This document shows positions 27,042 through 37,416 of a stretch of 40,310 bases of DNA, one piece after another. Under the pieces are notes generated by a model, which searched no databases, was not told the origin of the DNA, and saw only the letters and a program-made list of their open reading frames with translations. The DNA is from Acidobacteriota bacterium (GTDB lineage: Bacteria; Acidobacteriota; Terriglobia; Terriglobales; Acidobacteriaceae), in contig JAJYVR010000001.1 of assembly GCA_021791935.1 (NCBI GenBank), forward strand, positions 1-40,310, written 5' to 3'. A program made the translations under genes and the position numbers. Position 1 is the first letter of the stretch; every line of letters begins with the position of its first letter.

Positions 27042-27905
27042 TCACAGCCGCTTCAGAAATTCCTTCACCTGTTCCAGTTGTGGAAACATCTTCTCTTCCT
27101 GCTGGAATTCGCGTGAATGCACGCATCGCCGTCCGCCGCGCATCCGCACCGGATGTTTCAGGTGCAGCATTTCGTGAAACACCAGGTACTCCACCGCATA
27201 GCGCGGCGTGTCCGGGCGGTCGAACACGCGGCTGACTACAATGGTATTGTGCGCCGCATCGTAATGGCCCAGTTGCCGACGCGCGGAGTGCGCGCTCCAG
27301 GTCAACACCGGCCTGCCCAGCAGCCCATTGAAAAATTGTCGGTTCAGACGATCGAAGACTTCGTCCAGGTCGTAATAATGCCCTTGCGCCGTAGAAATAT
27401 TTTTTCTTCCGCGGCTGCGTCGCACCATTTCCGCCCGGCGAATCACCGCCTCGCTTCCTAGATGCCGACGATAGCGGTTGGCATGGACGGGCTCAATCGG
27501 CTTGCGATACAGCTTCGCCAGCAGGATGTGCGCAATCGCCCGCGTCACGCTGTCCGGCGCGCCTTCCAGCATGTCGGAAAGTCGCACAAATGCCGTGCCC
27601 TGGCGCAGCCGGATGGTCGTATTCACGCCAGTGAACGGGTAGAAGCTGATATCAAACAGCGGCATGGGAGCGCGCGGACGCAGGCGTCGATACTCCGTGG
27701 AAAAAATGTCTTGCAGGCGCAGTCCGGACGTTGGAGCGACGGAGTCGGGTTCCAGCATGGGAAGAAGCGCTGGGGGCGATGCGGTCAATGCGAGGTTCCC
27801 TTCTGCGGTTGGTTCCAGTCTCGATTGTAGAGAATTTTTATGCGCGATGTCGGCGCCTCGAATCCGGCGCCAGGCACTCTCCAACCGCGTCGTCGCGCGA
27901 GACAA
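27042..27905 (-). CDS. HExxH zinc-metallopeptidase-like protein (SprT/DUF45/WLM-type zincin)
   Basis: C-terminal ...LGHYDAAHNTIVVSRVFDRPDTPRYAVEYLVFHEMLHLKHP...H..F resembles the SprT/YgjP(DUF45) core. The N-terminal ~200 aa is unassigned. Confidence 0.65.
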   Translation of the reverse strand: MSRATTRLESAWRRIRGADIAHKNSLQSRLEPTAEGNLALTASPPALLPMLEPDSVAPTSGLRLQDIFSTEYRRLRPRAPMPLFDISFYPFTGVNTTIRLRQGTAFVRLSDMLEGAPDSVTRAIAHILLAKLYRKPIEPVHANRYRRHLGSEAVIRRAEMVRRSRGRKNISTAQGHYYDLDEVFDRLNRQFFNGLLGRPVLTWSAHSARRQLGHYDAAHNTIVVSRVFDRPDTPRYAVEYLVFHEMLHLKHPVRMRGGRRCVHSREFQQEEKMFPQLEQVKEFLKRL

Positions 27906-27912
27906 TCGCCGC

Positions 27913-29253
27913 CTATTTCTCCAGCGCCTTCAGCCGTTGCCGTGTCTCTCGCTCTTCGTCGGGAAATTGATCTTGGGCCGCGTTTAGAAATTTCCGATAA
28001 TACAAAATCGCTTGTTTCGTCCGATGCAGATGGTCGAGCGCCGTCGCCCGCAGAAACAACGTCGCCGCGCTATCGTTCAATGTTTGCGCGCGACGGTCCA
28101 GCGCCGTCAGCACCAGCGGGTACTGCCCGTCTCTCCACGCGGCAAAGGCAAGCCCGCTCCACGCGTCCTCCTGCGTCGGCTGGATCTGCAGCGACTTCTG
28201 AAATGTCTCCACCGCCTGCGCCCATTGTTTTTGATGCATCATGTTTTCTGCCGTAGCGGTCAGCAGGCCAGGATCTCGTCCATCGCTCACCAGCAGTTGC
28301 TGGTACAGGGGCGCTGCCTTGTCCGCCTCTCCAGCGCTGCTGTACAGGTCGGCCAGCATCCGCGTCACCGCCGGCTGATCGGGGTTCTGCTGGTGCAGCG
28401 CTTCCAGTTGCGATACTGCCGCCTGCATGTCTCCTTGCCCGGCCAGCGCAGTCACGGACAATGCCAGCAATGTCGGATCGTTCGGCTCCCGCAATAATGC
28501 TGGATGCAACGCAGCCTCAGCGTCGGCGAATTTTCCCTGGTGAATCAAGGCTCGCGCCAATCCTTCTGTCGCAGCGATGGAGTTTGCATCTTGAGCCAGG
28601 ACCTTTTGATATTCCTTCCCCGCGCCGTCGTAATCGCCGACGTTTTCCGCCAGTTGGGCGGCGAACAACATGTCGTCAGTCCGCTCCGGCGTCAGTTTTA
28701 ACGCCACCAGCAGGGCGTCGCTGGCGGCGGTATCGTCGTGCATCTCCGCATCGACACGCGCCAGCGTGCGCGCGGCGCTGGCCACTTCCTGGCGCGGATC
28801 GCCGCTGGCAGGTTGCAGCGTCACTGCCGTTTCCAGCTCATGCCGAGCTTCCGCCCATTTTTGTTGCGACGCCAGCAGGTGGCCCAGCGCGGCATGAGAC
28901 TCAAACTGCTTCGGATCGATCGACCCAGCTTTGCGAAAGTTGGCCTCCGCCGCGGCAAGCTGATGCTGCGCTTGTTCCACGTATCCGCGGTCGAAATAAA
29001 TGCGCGCGCTTTCCGGCGAATCCGCGGGCTCGCTCGCCGCTGCCCGATTCAATAGCGACACCGCCTGCTCGTACTGCTGGCGGCCAATTGCATTCTCCGC
29101 CTCGCTCAGATACGTGGTCGTCGAAGCGGGGCCTTTCGCCGCCGGATCGGAGGTCCCAGGAGGAAGCGGCGTGGTCTGCGCCTGCATCCATCCAGCAGCC
29201 GGCAACAGCGCGGCCGCCATCGCGCATCTAAGGATAAAAGTTTGCATCGTCAT
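27913..29253 (-). CDS. TPR repeat protein, secreted
   Basis: The ATG at 29253 overlaps the uvrA stop (ATGA). Signal peptide [26 protein letters not shown], then many canonical TPR units (..A...Y.kAL...P....A...LG..). Confidence 0.85.
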   Translation of the reverse strand: MTMQTFILRCAMAAALLPAAGWMQAQTTPLPPGTSDPAAKGPASTTTYLSEAENAIGRQQYEQAVSLLNRAAASEPADSPESARIYFDRGYVEQAQHQLAAAEANFRKAGSIDPKQFESHAALGHLLASQQKWAEARHELETAVTLQPASGDPRQEVASAARTLARVDAEMHDDTAASDALLVALKLTPERTDDMLFAAQLAENVGDYDGAGKEYQKVLAQDANSIAATEGLARALIHQGKFADAEAALHPALLREPNDPTLLALSVTALAGQGDMQAAVSQLEALHQQNPDQPAVTRMLADLYSSAGEADKAAPLYQQLLVSDGRDPGLLTATAENMMHQKQWAQAVETFQKSLQIQPTQEDAWSGLAFAAWRDGQYPLVLTALDRRAQTLNDSAATLFLRATALDHLHRTKQAILYYRKFLNAAQDQFPDEERETRQRLKALEK

Positions 29254-32200
29254 TTTCCTGCCGCGACCAAAGCCGCAACCTGTTTCGAGGGCTTCAACAC
29301 CCGCGTCAGCCATTGTCCGGTGTGCGAGCCTGGGACCGCCGCGACCTGCTCTGGAGTTCCCACCGCGACAATCTCGCCGCCGCGCCGTCCGCCCTCCGGA
29401 CCCAGATCGACGATCCAGTCCGCCGCCTTCAGTACATCCAGATTGTGCTCGATCACCAGCAGCGATCCGCCACCGTCAATCAACTGTCGCAGCGCGGAGA
29501 GCAGCTTGCTGACATCGTCGAAATGCAGGCCCGTCGTCGGTTCATCCAGAATGTACAGCAATCGGTTCTTCGCGCGCTTGCCGCCTGCCGGTCGTGCATT
29601 GGCCAGATGCGATGCCAGCTTGACGCGCTGCGCTTCGCCGCCCGATAGCGTCGTCGCCGACTGCCCCAGCCGCACATAACCCAGGCCGACATCGTCCAGC
29701 ACCCGCAAGCGATCTTGGATCTTGATGTGTCCGGCGAAAAATTGCAGCGCTTCTTTCACCGTCATGTTCAGCACGTCGTGGATGTTCTTGCCCTTGTAGC
29801 GAATCTCCAGCACCCCCGCCTTGAAGCGCGTGCCGTTGCATTCCTCGCACGGCAGTTCCACATCGGCCAGAAATTGCATCTCGACTGTCACTGTGCCGTC
29901 GCCCTGGCAAACCTCGCAGCGTCCGCCCGGCACATTGAACGAGAAGAATCCGGCGGCATACCCTCGCCGCCTGGCATCGGGCAGCGAGGCATACAACTCG
30001 CGGATGCCGTCGAACGCCTTCATGTATGTCACCGGGTTCGATCGCGGCGTGCGCCCGATCGGCGACTGGTCCACCAACACCACCCCATCCAGATGCTGCG
30101 AGCCTTCCAGCGTGTCGTACAGGTGCGTCGGGTCGGCAACATCGCCCTCTCCCAGGCGATGCGCCAGCGCGCGATACAGCACGTCATGCACCAGCGTCGA
30201 TTTGCCGGAGCCGGATACGCCGGTGATACAGGCCAGCATGCCCAGCGGAATTTCGCAATCCACCGACTGCAAATTGTGCGCGCGCGCTCCCGTCAGGCGC
30301 AGCCACGCGCTTCCCGGCGTGCGCCGCCGCGACGGTATCGGAATGGAAATCTGGCCGCGCAGATATTTTCCCGTCAAGGAATTCGGCGACTTCATCAGCT
30401 CCGGCAATGTTCCGGACGCCAGCAGCTTGCCGCCCAACTCGCCCGCGCCCGGCCCCAGGTCTAACAAATAATCCGCCGCGCGAATAATATCGGCGTCGTG
30501 CTCGACCACCAGAATTGTATTTCCCAGGTCGCGCAGGCCTTCCAGAATTCGGATCAACCTGCCCGTGTCCCGCGGATGCAATCCGATCGACGGCTCGTCC
30601 AGCACGTACATCGCGCCCACCAGTTGCGAGCCCAACGAGGTCGCCAGTTGCACCCGCTGCGCCTCGCCGCCCGACAGCGTCGACGACAGCCTATCCAGCG
30701 ACAAATAATCGAGACCGACGTCATTCAAAAAACCCAGCCGCTGGCGGACTTCCTCCAGGATTCTTCCCGCCATCTCCATCTGCGCCGGACTCAACCGCAA
30801 CTGCGCAAAAAATGCCTGCGCCTCTCCCACGGTCAGCGCGGTCACGTCGCAAATGTCGCGTCCGCCTGTATCTCCGTCGCCGATGCGTACCGCGCGCGCC
30901 TCCGCCCGCAGCCGCTTGCCGTTGCATTCCGGGCAAATCGCATAGCCGCGATACTTGCTGAGGAACACGCGCACGTACAGCTTGTATTTCTTGCGTTCAA
31001 GGTGCGCAAAAAACCCTCGAATGCCGGGAAACAATTTATCTCCGTTCAGAATGAAATCCCGATGTTCCTGCGAGAGGTCTTTCCACGGCACGTCCAACGG
31101 AAGATTTTTCTCTTTCGTCGCGCGGCGCAACTCGGAGAACATTGGCCGATACTTTGGCCGCACCCAGGGATCGATGGCGCCCTCATTCAGCGTCCGCGTT
31201 TTGTCCGGAATGATCCGGTCCAGGTCGAAGTCGATGGTGTTGCCGAACCCCTCGCAGCGCGCGCAGGCGCCATAAGGATTGTTGAAGGAAAACAGCGGCG
31301 GCTCCGGCTCGCGATAGACGCGGTTGCAATGGCTGCACGTATACGCGCCGGAAAATCGAAACTGCCGCCGCTCGCTTGCCCCGGCCTCGACGCCGCTTTC
31401 ATCGGCCCTTGGCACAACTTCGAAAACGACCTCTCCGCTTTCGCGATAGCCTGTCTCCGCCGCGTCCACAACCCGCGTCCGCGCCTCCGCCGACACAACG
31501 ATGCGGTCGATCAGAATAAAAAGCGGCTGTAAAAAATCCAGATCCAGCAGCGATTCCGGCGTGGAAAATTCCACGACCTTTCCATGTTGATAGAGCCGGT
31601 TGAAACCGCGCTGCCGCAACTCGCCCAACCGCTGCCTCCTCGGATCGACCGGCGCTCCAGCAATCTCCGGCGCATCCGGCACATACTCCGTGGCATAGCG
31701 ATTGATCTTCGCCGCCGTCCGCGTTGCTGCCGCCAACGCTACCCGCGCCGCCTCGGCTTTGGTCACCGGCTTGCCGTCTTTTTTCGTCGGTGCGGCGGCA
31801 TTTTTCTTCGCGATCTGCGCCGCCTTCTTGGCAGTCTTCTTTTTCGCGGTGGACTTTTTGCCGTCGTCGGCCACCTCCGGCAACACCACCGGAAACAGCG
31901 CCAGAAGCCGCGTCTGCTGCGGCAGCTTCAGCACCGCTTCCGCAATTTCATCCATGCTGTCGCGCTTCACCACGTTGCCGCAGGTCAGGCAATACATCGT
32001 CCCGCAGCGGGCAAACAGCAGCCGCAGATAATCGTAAATCTCCGTCGCCGTCGCCACTGTGGAGCGAGGGTTCCGCGTCGAATTTTTCTGCTTGATCGCA
32101 ATTGCCGGAGCCAGCCCGTCAATCTGGTCCACGTCCGGCTTCTCCATCCGCTCCAGAAATTGCCGCGCGTAGGCCGACAGCGACTCCACATACCGCCGCT

Positions 32201-32396
32201 GCCCCTCGGCATAAATCGTGTCGAACGCAAGCGAAGACTTCCCCGAACCGGAAACCCCAGTCACGACCGTCAACTGGCCGTGCGGGATCTCAAAGTCGAT
32301 GTTCTTCAGGTTGTGAACGCGCGCGCCGCGAACGGTGATCGAATCCATCGGGTCAGGGTCTCTGCAAGGGGGCTTGGCAGCGCGCAATCCGCACAC
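29250..32396 (-). CDS. uvrA: excinuclease ABC subunit A
   Basis: [34 protein letters not shown], zinc-finger CxxC pairs, and two ABC signature/Walker sets. The GTG at 32396 has AGGAGG 8 nt upstream. The canonical N-terminus [16 protein letters not shown] begins at ATG 32348, so the true start is 32396 or 32348. Confidence 0.95.
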   Translation of the reverse strand: MCGLRAAKPPCRDPDPMDSITVRGARVHNLKNIDFEIPHGQLTVVTGVSGSGKSSLAFDTIYAEGQRRYVESLSAYARQFLERMEKPDVDQIDGLAPAIAIKQKNSTRNPRSTVATATEIYDYLRLLFARCGTMYCLTCGNVVKRDSMDEIAEAVLKLPQQTRLLALFPVVLPEVADDGKKSTAKKKTAKKAAQIAKKNAAAPTKKDGKPVTKAEAARVALAAATRTAAKINRYATEYVPDAPEIAGAPVDPRRQRLGELRQRGFNRLYQHGKVVEFSTPESLLDLDFLQPLFILIDRIVVSAEARTRVVDAAETGYRESGEVVFEVVPRADESGVEAGASERRQFRFSGAYTCSHCNRVYREPEPPLFSFNNPYGACARCEGFGNTIDFDLDRIIPDKTRTLNEGAIDPWVRPKYRPMFSELRRATKEKNLPLDVPWKDLSQEHRDFILNGDKLFPGIRGFFAHLERKKYKLYVRVFLSKYRGYAICPECNGKRLRAEARAVRIGDGDTGGRDICDVTALTVGEAQAFFAQLRLSPAQMEMAGRILEEVRQRLGFLNDVGLDYLSLDRLSSTLSGGEAQRVQLATSLGSQLVGAMYVLDEPSIGLHPRDTGRLIRILEGLRDLGNTILVVEHDADIIRAADYLLDLGPGAGELGGKLLASGTLPELMKSPNSLTGKYLRGQISIPIPSRRRTPGSAWLRLTGARAHNLQSVDCEIPLGMLACITGVSGSGKSTLVHDVLYRALAHRLGEGDVADPTHLYDTLEGSQHLDGVVLVDQSPIGRTPRSNPVTYMKAFDGIRELYASLPDARRRGYAAGFFSFNVPGGRCEVCQGDGTVTVEMQFLADVELPCEECNGTRFKAGVLEIRYKGKNIHDVLNMTVKEALQFFAGHIKIQDRLRVLDDVGLGYVRLGQSATTLSGGEAQRVKLASHLANARPAGGKRAKNRLLYILDEPTTGLHFDDVSKLLSALRQLIDGGGSLLVIEHNLDVLKAADWIVDLGPEGGRRGGEIVAVGTPEQVAAVPGSHTGQWLTRVLKPSKQVAALVAAGK

Positions 32397-32523
32397 TGCC
32401 GCATCCTCCTAGTTTACAGCCTCCCTGAAATAGGATCGGTGCAGTCTAGGATGGGATAGTGGATAGGCTTCGGCGTTTTGGCAAACTGCAAAATATCGCA
32501 GCCAGAGCGGCCCTGCATCTGCC

Positions 32524-32892
32524 ATGAGGAGAACAATGAAAAATCCTACGACTACAAATATCCTGCTGCTGGTCATCGCCATCGCGCTGATTGCCATTGC
32601 CTTCAAACCCCTGCGGCAACCGCGCCTGGCGCAGGCCCAGGAGCAGACGACGCCCGCTCTGACCACTGCATCCGACCCGCTCTACATCGAGCCCGGCGTC
32701 GTGATGCTGCGGTCATTGGACGGCAACACCCAGGTGTTTGGAAAAATGGTGGTCGACCTCAACACCGGCAGCATCTGGGGGTTTCCCACGCTGACCGGCC
32801 AGCCGTATCCGGTGGACATTTCCAGCACCAAACCGCCGGTCTCCCATCCAATGTTTCTGGGGACCTTCGCGCTCGAAGACGTCAACCGCTAG
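32524..32892 (+). CDS. small hypothetical membrane-anchored/secreted protein
   Basis: N-terminal TM segment NILLLVIAIALIAIAF followed by a soluble ~85-aa part. Alternative start at ATG 32536 (GGAG 4 nt upstream). No family recognised. Confidence 0.55.
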   Translation: MRRTMKNPTTTNILLLVIAIALIAIAFKPLRQPRLAQAQEQTTPALTTASDPLYIEPGVVMLRSLDGNTQVFGKMVVDLNTGSIWGFPTLTGQPYPVDISSTKPPVSHPMFLGTFALEDVNR

Positions 32893-32946
32893 GGAATCGC
32901 GTTCGCCACTCCGCCCCATTCGCAATGAATGGATTTGCAATCCGGC

Positions 32947-33723
32947 CTACTGCGTCTTCAGCGCCTCGGCAATCGCCTGCTCGGCCAGCGGAGTCATTAC
33001 CGCATAGCCAGCGGCGTTGGGATGCACGCCATCGATGGTCAGCGCTTTCTTCATGCCCTGTTCCGGATTCACCATCGCCGAATAGTAATCGAGATAGACG
33101 TATCCCTTCCGCGCGCAGGTTTCGCGCATCCAGGCATTCATCGCGCTGATTTCCGCTCGCGGATCGGTCCCCGGCTGCCACGGATACGTTGCCGCCGGCA
33201 AAATCGACGCCAGCACCACGCGGATTCCATTCGCCGTGGCCAGATCCGCCATCGCCATCAAATTGTCCTGGATCATGGTCGGCGTCGACGGTCCGGTATT
33301 GCCGGCAATGTCGTTCGTCCCCGCCAGAATTACGACCGCCTTCGGCTGCAGCGCAATCACGTCCGGCCAAAAACGCACCAGCATTTGCGGCGTGGTCTGC
33401 CCGCTGATGCCGCGATTGACGTACGGCTTGCCGGGAAAAAACACTCCCTGGGAGCGGCCCCAGGCATCCGTGATGGAATCGCCCATAAACACCACTCGCT
33501 TCTCGCCGGGAGCAGGCGGCCCCAATTTCGCATTCGCCTCGCTGTATCTCGCCAGGTCGCCGAAGTCCGTCAGCAACTGCTGGTCATGCTTTCGCTGATA
33601 CTCGCTTTCAGGGTGTGTCGCCGGCGCGGCCTGTGTCGCAGCTTGGGGCGTCGTGGCGGCCGTCGAAGTGGCTTGCGCGACGGCGAAGGGAACCAGCAAC
33701 AACAGGCAAACAAAAATCTTCAT
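32947..33723 (-). CDS. SGNH/GDSL-family hydrolase, secreted
   Basis: Start trimmed to the ATG at 33723 (MKIFVCLLLLVPFAVAQA). Block I FMGDSIT, block III AGTNDI, block V DGVHPN. The rest of listed ORF 32947..34470 is antisense to lspA. Confidence 0.88.
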   Translation of the reverse strand: MKIFVCLLLLVPFAVAQATSTAATTPQAATQAAPATHPESEYQRKHDQQLLTDFGDLARYSEANAKLGPPAPGEKRVVFMGDSITDAWGRSQGVFFPGKPYVNRGISGQTTPQMLVRFWPDVIALQPKAVVILAGTNDIAGNTGPSTPTMIQDNLMAMADLATANGIRVVLASILPAATYPWQPGTDPRAEISAMNAWMRETCARKGYVYLDYYSAMVNPEQGMKKALTIDGVHPNAAGYAVMTPLAEQAIAEALKTQ

Positions 33724-33779
33724 ACTCTCGTCCTTGTACGTGCGGTTTACCGGCTCGCGGTCCGGCTTGCGCTTCAAAG

Positions 33780-34301
33780 TCAGTCTGCGAACGCCGACTT
33801 CGGCGCGCGAAATACCTCCAGCAGCAGTAACCCGGCGCCGATCACAATGCAGGAATCGGCAATGTTGAAGTCGGGATAGTGGTAGCTGAAAAAATTGAAC
33901 GACAGAAAATCGATCACGTAGCGATACGCCAGCCGATCGTACAGGTTGCCGATCGCCCCGCCCAGCACCAGCGCCAGCGCAATGCTGGTCAGGTTCACGC
34001 GCCTCCCGGCTTTCAGGAACACCGCCAGCACGATCGCGATCGCAATCAATGAAAAGCCGATCAGCATCCAGCGCACTTTCTCCGGCGATGGAGTATCGGA
34101 AAACAGGCTGAAGGCCGCGCCGTTGTTGTACACGTGCGATAGATGAAAAAAATGCGGAATGACGGTGGTTTCCTGCCCGGAATAAATATGGTGAAGGATC
34201 CACGTCTTGCTCAACCGATCGGCGATAAAGACTGCGACGGAAATCGAAAGAAGTTTCAGGCGAGGATCGCGCCTGCCTGTGAAACGAGAAGCTCCGCTCA
34301 T
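33780..34301 (-). CDS. lspA: lipoprotein signal peptidase (signal peptidase II)
   Basis: The ATG at 34301 overlaps the ileS stop (ATGA). YNNGAAFSLF, IDFLSF.., FNIADSCI motifs. This is the classical ileS-lspA arrangement. Confidence 0.9.
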   Translation of the reverse strand: MSGASRFTGRRDPRLKLLSISVAVFIADRLSKTWILHHIYSGQETTVIPHFFHLSHVYNNGAAFSLFSDTPSPEKVRWMLIGFSLIAIAIVLAVFLKAGRRVNLTSIALALVLGGAIGNLYDRLAYRYVIDFLSFNFFSYHYPDFNIADSCIVIGAGLLLLEVFRAPKSAFAD

Positions 34302-37270
34302 TGCTCGTCTTTCTTCGCGCCGCCCACTGCCACGGCGCTGGTCTCGGCGGGCATAGTGGGCGCGCCAATGGCTTCCAATGCTGCCACGCAGCGTTCGCAC
34401 ACGGTCGGCCATTTTTGGCTCTCACCCACATGCACGGAATAATTCCAGCAGCGCTCGCACTTGGTCCCATCCGCCGGCAGCGTCGTCACCTGCAAGGCGC
34501 CCGATCCGTTGGGTTCGGCGGCAGCCGCCAGTTCCACCTGAGAAACATTGAACAATTCTTTCAAGCTCGACCCATACTTTCGCAACAACGGATTCAGCCC
34601 GGCGGGAACTTGCAGCCGCACCTTGGCTTCCAGTGCTTTGCCGATGCGCTTCTCTTTCCGCGCCTCTTCCAGGCTTTTCAGCACCTCGTCGCGTACCGCT
34701 AAAAGTTGTTTCCAGTCGCCCAGCAATTCTGCCGCGGAGGCAGGCGCGATATCTTGCGGCCGCGGAAAGAGCGCTAAATGAACACTCGGTTCGCGGCCGC
34801 TTTTTGTTGGGGGACCCGGGTAATGCTGCCGTGAATGGAGTGCCTGCTGCACACTCGACTCACGGCTCTTCACTGCGGTGGGTAGATATTGCCATACCTC
34901 CTCGGCAGTGAAACTTAGATAGGGCGCGGTCAGCAGGACCAGCGCCTCTGCGATGCGGCCAATCGCGGTCTGCGCGGAACGGCGCGCGGGATCGTTGGGC
35001 GCAAAGGTGTACATCCTGTCCTTCAGCACATCAAGATACATCGCGCTCAGGTCGGCTGTACAGAATTCGTTGATGGCCTGGTAGACGCGATGGAATTCCA
35101 TGTCGTCGTACCAGCGAAGCGCTTTCGTCGTCAGCTCCGCCGTCCGCGCCAGCATATATTGGTCGATCGGCAGCAACTGCTCGAACGGCAGGGCATCCGT
35201 GTCCGGGTTGAAGTCTCCCAGGTTCCCCAGCAGAAAGCGGAACGTGTTGCGCAGCTTGCGATAAATATCTTCCGCCAGCCGCTTCAGCAGCGGGATCGTC
35301 GCCACCACATCTTCGCGGAAATCCACCGACGCCACCCAGAGTCGAATAATGTCCGCGCCAAGCTGCTCGGCAACTTCATTGGGACCGATGTCGTTTCCGC
35401 GCGACTTCGACAAGGCGCGCCCCTGGTCGTCCAGCGTCCATCCGCACGTCGCCACGCGCCGATACGGCGCCGCATTCCTGGTGCCCACGCTGCACAGCAG
35501 GGAAGTGTGGAACCATCCGCGATGCTGGTCGCCGCCTTCCAGATACAGGTCCGCCGGCCAGGTCAATCCAAAGCCGGCCTTGTCTCCCAGCACCGCCGCA
35601 TGGCTGGCCCCCGATTCAAACCATACATCCAGAATGTCCATCTCTTTTGTGAACGCCTGGCTGCCGCAACCCGCTGTCCGGCAGGTCGTTCCCGGCGGAA
35701 GGATCTCTTCCGCCGAATGCGTATGCCAGGCGTCCGCGCCTTCCTCTTCAAACATCTCCACTACGCGGCGAAAGATGGCAGGGTCCTTCAGCGGCGCATG
35801 GCATGTCTCACACAAAAATACGGCAATCGGCACGCCCCAGATGCGCTGGCGAGAAATGCACCAGTCGGGCCGCGTCGCAATCATGTTGGAAATGCGCTCT
35901 TCTCCCCAACTCGGGTCCCAGCGCACTTTCTTGATCTCATCCAAGGCTCGTGCACGAAACGTCGTCGCCGAGCCATCGGGATTTTCCATCGGCGTTTCCA
36001 TGCCGATGAACCACTGTTCCGTGGCGCGAAAAATCACCGGATTGTGGCAGCGCCAACAGTGCGGATAGGAGTGTTCAATGTCGACCCGCGCCAGCAGTGC
36101 GCCGCGTTCCTTCAGCAGCTCGACGATCGGCTCATTCGCCGCGAAAACCTTCTTGCCCTCATACTCCGGCAATCCATGGTGCAGCCGTCCCGTGCCGTCC
36201 ACGTTGCAGGTCGGATCCAGCCCATAGCGTGCGCCAGTATAAAAATCGTCCGCGCCGTGCGCCGGAGCGGTGTGGACCGCGCCGGTTCCGGCGTCCGCCG
36301 TCACGTAGTCGGCAAGCACACCCAGAATGCTGCGCTCTAAAAACGGATGTTGAAAGGTCGCGCGCTCCAATTTCCGGCCAGGGAAACGCGCAATCTCTTT
36401 CGCATCTTGGAACCCAACCGCCTCGGCCACAGCTTTCGCCAGCGATTCAGCGACGATATACACTTGCCCGTCGGATTCCATCGCAACATACGCAAAGTCC
36501 GGATGAAAAGCCACCGCCAGCGATGCCGGCAGCGTCCACGGAGTCGTCGTCCAGATGATGGTGCTCACCTGCTTCCCGGCGAGCGCCCCATCCAGTGCCC
36601 TGGGATCGCTGGTCAACTTATAGCGCACGTACACGCTGGGGCTGGTGTGTATTTCATATTCAACTTCCGCTTCGGCCAGCGCCGTGCGGTCGTGGATGCA
36701 CCAGTACACTGGCCGCAATCCCTTGTAGACAAATCCCGCCTCTAGAAATTCGAAAAACGTCTCCAGCACCCGCGCTTCATACGACTTCGACATGGTTGAA
36801 TACGGGCGGTCGAACTGCCCGAAGACCCCCAGCCGCAAAAATTGTTTCCGCTGCAAATCGACATATTTTTGCGCGTATTCGCGGCAGGCGCGCAGCACCT
36901 CAATGGCGGGAAGTTCCAGCTTCTTGCGCCCAAGCTGCTCATCCACCTTGATCTCGATCGGCAGGCCGTGGCAGTCCCACCCCGGAACATACGGAGCATC
37001 GAAGCCCGCCATGGTCTTCGTCTTCACCACAAAATCCTTCAGGCACTTGTTCATCGCGTGGCCCAGATGGATGGGGCCATTCGCGTACGGCGGGCCATCG
37101 TGCAGCAAATACACCGGCGCGCCCTTCCGTGCCGCCCGAATCTGCGCGTACAACTGCGACTCCTCCCAGACGGCCAGACGTTTCGGCTCATTCTGCGGAA
37201 GATTGGCTTTCATCGGGAAATCGGTGTACGGCAGGTTCAGGGTCGCCTTTAAATCGGGCCCAACAAACAT
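34298..37270 (-). CDS. ileS: isoleucine--tRNA ligase
   Basis: 990 aa. HIGH motif PIHLGHAMNK, KMSKS-type LSKSRGN, editing (CP1) domain, and a C-terminal zinc-binding CxxC pair (CERCW...CERC). Confidence 0.96.
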   Translation of the reverse strand: MFVGPDLKATLNLPYTDFPMKANLPQNEPKRLAVWEESQLYAQIRAARKGAPVYLLHDGPPYANGPIHLGHAMNKCLKDFVVKTKTMAGFDAPYVPGWDCHGLPIEIKVDEQLGRKKLELPAIEVLRACREYAQKYVDLQRKQFLRLGVFGQFDRPYSTMSKSYEARVLETFFEFLEAGFVYKGLRPVYWCIHDRTALAEAEVEYEIHTSPSVYVRYKLTSDPRALDGALAGKQVSTIIWTTTPWTLPASLAVAFHPDFAYVAMESDGQVYIVAESLAKAVAEAVGFQDAKEIARFPGRKLERATFQHPFLERSILGVLADYVTADAGTGAVHTAPAHGADDFYTGARYGLDPTCNVDGTGRLHHGLPEYEGKKVFAANEPIVELLKERGALLARVDIEHSYPHCWRCHNPVIFRATEQWFIGMETPMENPDGSATTFRARALDEIKKVRWDPSWGEERISNMIATRPDWCISRQRIWGVPIAVFLCETCHAPLKDPAIFRRVVEMFEEEGADAWHTHSAEEILPPGTTCRTAGCGSQAFTKEMDILDVWFESGASHAAVLGDKAGFGLTWPADLYLEGGDQHRGWFHTSLLCSVGTRNAAPYRRVATCGWTLDDQGRALSKSRGNDIGPNEVAEQLGADIIRLWVASVDFREDVVATIPLLKRLAEDIYRKLRNTFRFLLGNLGDFNPDTDALPFEQLLPIDQYMLARTAELTTKALRWYDDMEFHRVYQAINEFCTADLSAMYLDVLKDRMYTFAPNDPARRSAQTAIGRIAEALVLLTAPYLSFTAEEVWQYLPTAVKSRESSVQQALHSRQHYPGPPTKSGREPSVHLALFPRPQDIAPASAAELLGDWKQLLAVRDEVLKSLEEARKEKRIGKALEAKVRLQVPAGLNPLLRKYGSSLKELFNVSQVELAAAAEPNGSGALQVTTLPADGTKCERCWNYSVHVGESQKWPTVCERCVAALEAIGAPTMPAETSAVAVGGAKKDEQ

Positions 37271-37370
37271 ATCTTCTCCGAAGCAATTATTGTCGTACTC
37301 CCTTATGATAAATGCATACCTCGCATTGTCCGGCTTTGGGGCGGAAACGGATGGGCCGGCGAAGCGTCTA

Positions 37371-37410
37371 TATCATTATCGTTATCGATATCCGTATCGT
37401 TCTCGATAAC
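37371..37410. repeat. phase-locked hexamer repeat (TATCNN)x5 with embedded 8-bp inverted repeat GTTATCGA-N14-TCGATAAC
   Basis: The + strand reads TATCAT TATCGT TATCGA TATCCG TATCGT TCTCGA TAAC. On the ileS (minus) strand this reads ACG ATA CGG ATA TCG ATA ACG ATA ATG ATA TAG. Confidence 0.9.
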
Positions 37411-37416
37411 CTGAGG

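Noticed and set aside
33724-34470. The N-terminal extension of listed ORF 32947..34470 (-), and ORF 33780..34412 upstream of 34301.
   Set aside because: The SGNH hydrolase has a clean signal peptide starting at 33723. lspA starts at the ATG that overlaps the ileS stop. The extensions overlap other genes and are Arg-rich.
37371-37410. DnaA boxes or an IHF site in the TTATCG-rich hexamer tract.
   Set aside because: TTATCGTTA and TTATCGATA miss the conserved CACA half of the DnaA box (TTATNCACA). No replication genes are nearby, and the IHF consensus WATCARNNNNTTR is not met.
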